Origin: an uncultured delta proteobacterium | GTDB lineage: Bacteria; Desulfobacterota; Binatia; Binatales; Binataceae | Assembly (NCBI GenBank): GCA_963724765.1 | Contig: CAVRVY010000003.1 | Location: 384,001-448,000, forward strand | Length of the DNA: 64,000 nt | Direction of reading: 5' to 3' | Shown here: positions 57,835 through 64,000 of the stretch, in pieces | Position numbering within the stretch: the stretch's first letter is position 1 | Layout of the letters: every line of letters begins with the position of its first letter | Notes under the pieces: model-generated | Seen by the model: only the letters and a program-made list of their open reading frames with translations | What the model was told of the DNA's origin: nothing | Databases searched by the model: none | Translations under genes and position numbers: made by a program

Positions 57835-58485
57835 TCAGCCGCGCATCTTGAGCTTTTCGGAGGCGGGATGCAGGCTCGCGCTTGCGCTCGGGCGGGCTGC
57901 GACGCGCTTGAACCACGCCTGGAGGTTTTTAGCCGAAGCGGGGATCGGCTGGCCCACGCCGGTAGAGAAATCCGTGCAGCAATAGAGAATGATGTCGGCG
58001 ATGGTGAAACGGTCGGGCACGATCCAGTCACGCCCCGAGATCAGACCGTCGAGCCATTCCATCCGCTTCTGTGCGAGCGACTTGAGCGAGGGAGCCGCTT
58101 CGGGAAAAACCGGCATGCGGCTTTTGAACAGATCGAGGCCCTCCGCATAGCGGAACCCGTTGTAGATGTTCTCGGTGATGTTGAGCTCGACGCGGCGCTG
58201 CCACTGATGCGTCTCGGCGCGTTCCTCGGCCGTCGCTCCGATAAGCGCGGGCTTGGGATTTTTCTCTTCGAGGTAATCGAAGATGGCTACCGTCTCGCCG
58301 ATGGTCTTGCCGTTGTCGAGTTCGAGCGCTGGCAGTTGTCCGCCCGGATTGCGGTCGGTATAGGGAGGCCGGCGGTTTTCGGATGCCATGAGATCGACGT
58401 CTTGCGTCGGGATGGTGATGCCCTTTTCGGCGAGGAACATCCTGAGCGCGCGCGGGTTGGGACCGAAGGAGTTGTAAATTTTCAT
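57835..58485 (-). CDS. Glutathione S-transferase family protein
   Basis: GPNPRALRMFLAEKG, NPGGQLPALELD, ETVAI, FTIADI; AAGGAG RBS, ATG 58485. Confidence 0.92.
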   Translation of the reverse strand: MKIYNSFGPNPRALRMFLAEKGITIPTQDVDLMASENRRPPYTDRNPGGQLPALELDNGKTIGETVAIFDYLEEKNPKPALIGATAEERAETHQWQRRVELNITENIYNGFRYAEGLDLFKSRMPVFPEAAPSLKSLAQKRMEWLDGLISGRDWIVPDRFTIADIILYCCTDFSTGVGQPIPASAKNLQAWFKRVAARPSASASLHPASEKLKMRG

Positions 58486-58778
58486 GCTGGTTGTCTCCTT
58501 GAGAATGAAATTTGCCAAATCAAAGTCGACAGCCGGCGAGCGGCGCGCCAAGACGCGCCGCTCACGGGCCAAACCGCCTATATCCAGAGCGCCTGCGGTC
58601 AGGCGTCCCCCGAGCGCCCCTACCCTAGACCATCCCGAGTTTCGAGTACACCGCCGCGAGCGGGGGTGCGGCGGTGCGGGCGGTTGCGCGGACGGGCGCG
58701 GCTGTGATTTTTTCTTGTGTGCCGCAGTGCACAGCACGAAACGCGCTGCCCGGGCGAAGCCGGGCACAACTAACGTAG

Positions 58779-60338
58779 ATGCGATTTTGTCCGCAATGTG
58801 GGACGCCGGTAATGCCCGGCGCGAAGTTCTGCGTCGGCTGCGGGACCTCTGTGACGGCGCCCGCCGCGAACGCGGCGGGCGCCGTCACCGGCCCGGCTGG
58901 CGGCGTCGGCGTCGGCGCGATGCGGACGCCGGCGGCGCCCGCATCCAGCGCCGCGCCCGTGGGGTCGCACTTCACACCGGCGTTTGCCGCGGTTTTCGCC
59001 GCCATCTTCGCGATTGGGCTTGCCGCCGCCGCCTTCATCCTGCGCCAGCAGCCGCAACGCGAGCGCCAAGCCGCCGGCGCTGCCGCACAGACCGGCGCCT
59101 CCGGCAATCTGCCCCCGGGCCATCCGGAAGTGATCAAGATCCCCGACAAGGCGCGCAAATTCATCGACGAGCTTCAGGCCAAGGCCGCCGCCGCGCCCCA
59201 TGACCTCGCCGCTTGGGACCGCTTCGGCGACGCCGCCGAGCGCGCCGCGATGTTCGATCCGTCGTACTACCCGAAAGCCGCGGACGCTTACGCTCACGTG
59301 CTGAAGCTCGACCCCAACGACCTTCCGGCGCTGCGCGGCGTCGGCAATATCGACTACGACCGCCGCCACTACGACGAGGCGATCGCCGCCTACGAGCATT
59401 ACTTGAGCCGCAAGCCTGACGACTCCCGCGTGCGGACCGATTTGGGCACGATGTACCTCTCCAGCGGGAATCCCGACGTGGCGATCGTCCAGTATAAAAA
59501 GGTGGTCGCCGCGCATCCTGATTTCTTCGAGGCCTATTTCAACCTCGGCGTCGCCTATGCCGAGCAGGGGGACAAACCCGTCGCCCGCGGCTACTTCCTC
59601 AAAGCGCGCTCGCTCGCGCCGGACGACAAGGCCCGGGGCGAGATCGATCAGATGCTCGCGACTATCGGCACCCAGGGAGCGGAGGGCGAGTCCGCCGCCG
59701 CCTCCGTCGGCAACGCCACGACTTTCCAGGGCGCGTTCGAACAGATGGCGCGCGGGCTGCCGATCGCGGGGCCGAAGGTCCACGGTGTGCAGTGGACCGG
59801 TGACAGCCACGCGCGACTGCTGATGGACAATTTTCCGATGGACCAGATGCCGCCGTTCGCGACGTCGCGCTTTCTCGGCGATTTGAAATCCGGAACCAGC
59901 GACGCGATGAAGTCCTATCACGTGCAGGGGCCGGTCACGGTTGAAATCGCCGACGCCGCGAGTAATCGCGTGATGCAGTCCGTGACGGTTGCCGCGGCCG
60001 ATACCTTGGCTGCCGGCGCTCCGGCGGCGGCCGCCGCCACTTCAGCCGCATCCGGATCTTCCGGGACTTTCCAGGATGCGGTGGCCGACATGATGCGTAA
60101 TCTGCCGGTGGCGGGGACGAAGGTCGCCGCGGTGCAGTGGCCCTCGACGATGCGGGCCAAGGTGATGATGGACAATTTTCCGATGGACGCGATGCCGCCG
60201 TTTGCGCGCGACAAGTTCATCGCGGACGTCAAGTCCGGCCTTGAGAGCGCCAAGAGCGCGCATAAGGTCGCCGGCACGGTGACGGTCGATATCGCCGACG
60301 CCCAGAGCGGCCGCGTGATGGAATCCGTCAGTCAATAG
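58779..60338 (+). CDS. Zn-ribbon + TM + TPR protein with a duplicated C-terminal domain
   Basis: CPQCG...FCVGCG, TM, LPPGHP, several TPRs, two ~90-aa repeats containing MDNFPMDxMPPF. Confidence 0.85.
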   Translation: MRFCPQCGTPVMPGAKFCVGCGTSVTAPAANAAGAVTGPAGGVGVGAMRTPAAPASSAAPVGSHFTPAFAAVFAAIFAIGLAAAAFILRQQPQRERQAAGAAAQTGASGNLPPGHPEVIKIPDKARKFIDELQAKAAAAPHDLAAWDRFGDAAERAAMFDPSYYPKAADAYAHVLKLDPNDLPALRGVGNIDYDRRHYDEAIAAYEHYLSRKPDDSRVRTDLGTMYLSSGNPDVAIVQYKKVVAAHPDFFEAYFNLGVAYAEQGDKPVARGYFLKARSLAPDDKARGEIDQMLATIGTQGAEGESAAASVGNATTFQGAFEQMARGLPIAGPKVHGVQWTGDSHARLLMDNFPMDQMPPFATSRFLGDLKSGTSDAMKSYHVQGPVTVEIADAASNRVMQSVTVAAADTLAAGAPAAAAATSAASGSSGTFQDAVADMMRNLPVAGTKVAAVQWPSTMRAKVMMDNFPMDAMPPFARDKFIADVKSGLESAKSAHKVAGTVTVDIADAQSGRVMESVSQ

Positions 60339-60383
60339 CAGCTTTCGGGCAGTAGCGGCTTTCGGGCAATGCCAGCCTGTGGG
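60333..60383. repeat. 17-bp tandem repeat x3, decaying, spanning a stop codon
   Basis: CAATAGCAGCTTTCGGG, CAGTAGCGGCTTTCGGG, CAATGCCAGCCTGTGGG; the first copy holds the TAG of 58779..60338. Confidence 0.75.
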
Positions 60384-60500
60384 ATTGCAATGGCGGTCGA
60401 AACCGAGAACCTGGAAACCGATCTCAATCTGGCTGAGCGGTTTCAGCGGCTCCACGTGCGCAAGCTGCGTAAGCCGCCAACCAAATTTGGAGGTCAACCC

Positions 60501-60896
60501 ATGAGCGGCTTCAAGGAATTTCTGCTGCGCGGCAACGTCATCGACATGGCGGTGGGAATCGTGGTCGGCGCCGCCTTCGGCACGGTCGTGTCCGCGTTCG
60601 TGAAAGATCTGCTAACGCCTTTCATCGCCGCGGTCGTGCGCAAGCCGGACTTTTCCAATATCGCGTTCACGCTCAACAGCAGCAGATTCATGATCGGCGA
60701 CTTCATCAACCAACTAATCTCATTTCTCATCGTGGCGGCGGCAGTCTATTTCGCGGTCGTGATGCCGGTGAACAAGCTGATTTCCCGCTTGCAGCCGCCG
60801 CCCGCGCCGACCACCAAGACCTGCCCTGAATGCCTGAGCGAGATTCCGATCGGCGCCAAGCGCTGCGCTCATTGCACCTCGACGCTCGCGGCCTAA
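60501..60896 (+). CDS. mscL: Large-conductance mechanosensitive channel with C-terminal Zn ribbon
   Basis: FKEFLLRGNVIDMAVGIVVGAAF, GDFIN..ISFLI; tail CPEC...RCAHC; GGAGG RBS, ATG 60501. Confidence 0.95.
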   Translation: MSGFKEFLLRGNVIDMAVGIVVGAAFGTVVSAFVKDLLTPFIAAVVRKPDFSNIAFTLNSSRFMIGDFINQLISFLIVAAAVYFAVVMPVNKLISRLQPPPAPTTKTCPECLSEIPIGAKRCAHCTSTLAA

Positions 60897-60924
60897 ACCG
60901 GCGCCGGCCCGCGATGCTTCACCA

Positions 60925-61410
60925 TTAATCGACGGCCCATGGCGGATCTCCCGATTCCGCCACGCGGCGCAGATCCTCGAGCCATCCCTGATGGCCCCGC
61001 GCGAGCATCCGGCGCAGGTACCATCGCGCGAGCATCGGCACCCATCCGCGCTGCGCCTCCTCGGTGATTACGCGGCATCCCGTACCACCGGGCTCCAGCA
61101 GCCATCCATGGTAGGCGTAGAGTCCGGTCGCGCGCGCGTCCCATCCGAGTTCGCGATACGGCTCGAACATCCGCACGGTGCTGCGCACGCGCGTGCTGAA
61201 GGTGCGCCATTCGAACCTGCGGTCTGCGGCCAAATCCAGCCCATGCTGCCCATCGACGTAGTGAAAGCTCGCGCAGTTGCCGTACCACTGCGGCCAGCGC
61301 TCGGCCCCGATTAGCCATCGCCAGACCCGCTGCGGCGCCGCCGCAATTACAATTTCATTGTGCGCGTACACGGGAACGCTTCCCGGCTCCATCCCGCTCG
61401 GCCATTTCAT
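60925..61410 (-). CDS. SRPBCC (polyketide cyclase/dehydrase-like) protein
   Basis: NEIVIAAAPQRVW..L..AERWPQWY, FEP.RELGW, AYHGW. Confidence 0.85.
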   Translation of the reverse strand: MKWPSGMEPGSVPVYAHNEIVIAAAPQRVWRWLIGAERWPQWYGNCASFHYVDGQHGLDLAADRRFEWRTFSTRVRSTVRMFEPYRELGWDARATGLYAYHGWLLEPGGTGCRVITEEAQRGWVPMLARWYLRRMLARGHQGWLEDLRRVAESGDPPWAVD

Positions 61411-61587
61411 CGCATTTCGGCTCCTTCCCGGTCATACGGGGCACAAGACTCCCACAAGGGGCTAGCTGCCTGCCTCCCCCATAGAATCATTATCGTCAAA
61501 ATGTGACAATTGCCGCTTAGACGTATTCACTATCGGCTAATGACGCGATTACCGTCATGACCGGAGTGGAGGGGAGGAATCAAAACA

Positions 61588-62577
61588 ATGAACGGCTCAG
61601 CGGATGTCGTGCTTCTGGGATGGATGGCGGTTGTGGTCCTGCTCGGATTGATTGTGCTGTTCGGTTCATGGTTCACCGTCGAGCAGCAGGAAGTCGCAAT
61701 CATCCAGCGCCTTGGGAAATTCCGGCGCATCGCGCGCGCCGGGCTCAATTTCAAAATTCCCCTGATCGACCAGGTCGTCGACAACGTCAACCTGCGCGTG
61801 CAGCAGCTGACAGTCAAGGTCGAAACCAAAACCCGCGACAACGTTTTCGTCCACGTGACAGTGGCCGTGCAGTTCTCGGTCTTTCCCGACAAGGTCTACC
61901 AGGCGTTTTATAGCCTCACCGACGCGACGCCGCAGATCACGGCCTTCGTCTTCGATGTGGTGCGCGCTCACGTTCCAAGCCTCGACCTCGACGACGTCTT
62001 CCTCAAGAAGGATGAGGTCGCACAGGCGGTCAAGGGCTCGCTGGGCGCACAGATGTCCGAGTACGGCTACGACATCCTGACCGCTCTGGTCACCGACATC
62101 GATCCCGACGAACGGGTCAAGGCGGCGATGAACGAAATCAACGCCAACCAGCGGCTGCTCGAGGCCGCCAAGGCCAAGGGCGAGGCCGAGAAAGTGCTCA
62201 AGGTAAAGCAGGCCGAGGCCGAAGCCGAGAGCAAGGCGTTGCAGGGCAACGGAATCGCACGCGAGCGCACCGAGATTGCGCGCGGCCTGCACGATTCGGC
62301 CACGATGTTCCAACAGGGATTGCCGGGCGCCACCGTGCAGGAAGCGATGGTGGTGCTGCTGCTGACGCAGTACTTCGACATGCTCAAGGAAGTCGGCGGG
62401 CGCTCCAACACGATCATGCTGCCGCACTCGCCCGGCGGGCTCAGCGACATCGCCGGCCAGATCCGCAGCGCGATAATCGCGGCGCGCGAGGTCCCGGTCG
62501 ATCACGACGACGGCCCGGCCACGCCTGCCGACGGCACGACGATGCTCGGCGGCGCGCCGTCACGCAACAGCGTTTAG
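61588..62577 (+). CDS. SPFH/band 7 domain membrane protein
   Basis: N-terminal TM; GLNFKIP, VETKTRDNVFV, FDVVRA, DIDPD..VK.AMNEINA, AEAESKALQG.GIA. Confidence 0.93.
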   Translation: MNGSADVVLLGWMAVVVLLGLIVLFGSWFTVEQQEVAIIQRLGKFRRIARAGLNFKIPLIDQVVDNVNLRVQQLTVKVETKTRDNVFVHVTVAVQFSVFPDKVYQAFYSLTDATPQITAFVFDVVRAHVPSLDLDDVFLKKDEVAQAVKGSLGAQMSEYGYDILTALVTDIDPDERVKAAMNEINANQRLLEAAKAKGEAEKVLKVKQAEAEAESKALQGNGIARERTEIARGLHDSATMFQQGLPGATVQEAMVVLLLTQYFDMLKEVGGRSNTIMLPHSPGGLSDIAGQIRSAIIAAREVPVDHDDGPATPADGTTMLGGAPSRNSV

Positions 62578-62610
62578 CCAGCGGCTGCGCTCAATCGCGA
62601 AACTGGACGG

Positions 62611-63159
62611 TTATCCGGGCACGATTTCGTGCAGTGAATCGATGATGTCCTGCGCCGCGTAACCCCACAACCCATAGTGATATGCCGCGGTCACGCCGGC
62701 CGCCAGCATCGCGAGCATAATCAGCGCAAGCGGCGTACCCGCGTACCACGGCGCGGGGGTTGGATTCTCCTGCTGGCCCGGCGGATGCGTGACTATGACC
62801 GAGACGTCGTCATGGAGTTCCCGGTAATAGTCGCGCACCTCGGCGATCAGATGGTTGCGCACCTCGACCGCATTCGGGAGACCTTCGCCGGTGAAGCGCA
62901 TGATCTCTTCGAACTGGGCCAGCGCCCGTTCGGCGTGATCGGCAACAATCGAGAGGTACGCCAGCGGCACCTTCGCCAGCTTGCCCTTTCCGAGCCCGCG
63001 GAAGAGCCCCAGGGTTCTTTCAAAGTAGGGGAGACCGCTGCGAAAGCTGAGGTTACGCGGCTGCAAATCCTCGCGCGCCAAAACGGCAGGTTTAAGCCGT
63101 TCGAGTTTCTTGAGGCTCGCTTTCAGACGAGCTCTGTCGCTGCGTTCGGAACCGGCCAT
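62611..63159 (-). CDS. Hypothetical protein with C-terminal TM anchor
   Basis: Helical N-terminal domain and one C-terminal hydrophobic segment; no family recognised. Confidence 0.6.
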   Translation of the reverse strand: MAGSERSDRARLKASLKKLERLKPAVLAREDLQPRNLSFRSGLPYFERTLGLFRGLGKGKLAKVPLAYLSIVADHAERALAQFEEIMRFTGEGLPNAVEVRNHLIAEVRDYYRELHDDVSVIVTHPPGQQENPTPAPWYAGTPLALIMLAMLAAGVTAAYHYGLWGYAAQDIIDSLHEIVPG

Positions 63160-63323
63160 CGACAAATACCCCCGGCCCCCCGCAGCGCATTATGCTACGC
63201 GGTGTGTGTGGATGTATAGGCCTTTCTAAATAATTCTACCATCGTGCCTAGCTCATCAGCACCATTTTCGATGCTCAGTGCTTTCATTGTCAATCTAATA
63301 AGGTTTGATGAACGATAAGCGCA

Positions 63324-63899
63324 TTATAGCGAGGCAAACCGCCGGTTCTCGTGCGGCCATGGCGGCGAGTCCCGGACCGCGTCGAGCACCTGCTCGGGCT
63401 GCGCCACCACCTTCCACATCGCCCGATGCCGTTCGTCCATGAAGCGGCGCTCGATCGAGCGTTCGAGCAGTTCGATCAGCGGGCGGTAGAAGTCCTCCGT
63501 GTTGACGATCACGATCGCGCCGCCGAAGAGCCCCAGCCGCTTCCAGGTTATCGCCTCGAACAGTTCCTCGAACGTGCCGCATCCGCCGGGTAGCGCGACG
63601 ACCGCGCCGACCGAGTCGATCATCAACCGTTTGCGCTCGTGCATGTCGTTGACCACCAGTAACTCGGTGAGCCCGCGATGCGCCCATTCAAGATCGTGCA
63701 TGAAAGACGGAATGACGCCGATTACGCGCCCGCCTGCGGCCAGCGCCGCGTCCGCCAGATGACCCATCGAGCCCACGCTACCGCCGCCATAAACGGTCGT
63801 GTGGCCGGCGCGCGCAAGCTCGCGCCCCAGCCGTGCGGCGGCCTGATGATAAATCGGATCACATTGACGGCTCGACGCGCAGTATACGCATACCCGCAT
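63324..63899 (-). CDS. LOG family (TIGR00730) nucleotide phosphoribohydrolase
   Basis: VCVYCASS, VYGGGSVGSMG, GVIP, MHERK, PGGCGTFEE. Confidence 0.93.
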   Translation of the reverse strand: MRVCVYCASSRQCDPIYHQAAARLGRELARAGHTTVYGGGSVGSMGHLADAALAAGGRVIGVIPSFMHDLEWAHRGLTELLVVNDMHERKRLMIDSVGAVVALPGGCGTFEELFEAITWKRLGLFGGAIVIVNTEDFYRPLIELLERSIERRFMDERHRAMWKVVAQPEQVLDAVRDSPPWPHENRRFASL

Positions 63900-64000
63900 G
63901 TTCACCATGGTTGGGATCGTAGCCGACTCGTCGCGCCTCGCACAGCCGGACCGGCGCGCCGATGTCACGCGATATGCACAGCCCGGAGTGAAAAAGCAAA

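Noticed and set aside
60800-60896. MscL C-terminal Zn ribbon as a novelty
   Set aside because: This CPxC...RCxxC tail is a common MscL variant.

Overview
A GC-rich bacterial chromosomal segment with about 60 CDSs, mostly housekeeping and envelope genes. A diderm, deltaproteobacteria-like lineage such as Candidatus Binatota is plausible from gene style, but this is inference only. Recognisable genes include xseA (partial), ctpA, lgt, dtd, trmL, an Opp/Dpp-type binding protein with two permeases, ltaE, a CbbQ/NirQ/NorQ ATPase, cysS, fabG, an IscA/ErpA carrier, queG, lutBCA, a class II-like phaC and mscL. I found no rRNA, tRNA, CRISPR array, integrase or transposase. Most interesting observations: (1) an ExbB-ExbD-ExbD operon whose fourth gene has a TonB/TolA-type SxxxH helix but ends in a MIDAS vWA domain, a candidate PMF-driven vWA motor; (2) two tandem secreted RWGDY-motif proteins (one broken by four small indels) divergent from a small secreted protein that looks like a free-standing copy of their N-terminal pro-region; (3) a stand-alone CimA/LeuA regulatory domain; (4) a Zn-ribbon/TPR protein ending in a duplicated Met-rich domain; (5) a lower-GC block of Tad minor pilins plus GNAT-GNAT-GT87, each unit behind a sigma54-type promoter; (6) recurring short tandem duplications at start and stop codons, REP-like hairpins, and AT-shifted 3' gene ends. 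All calls are from motif recognition by eye; no database search was run.
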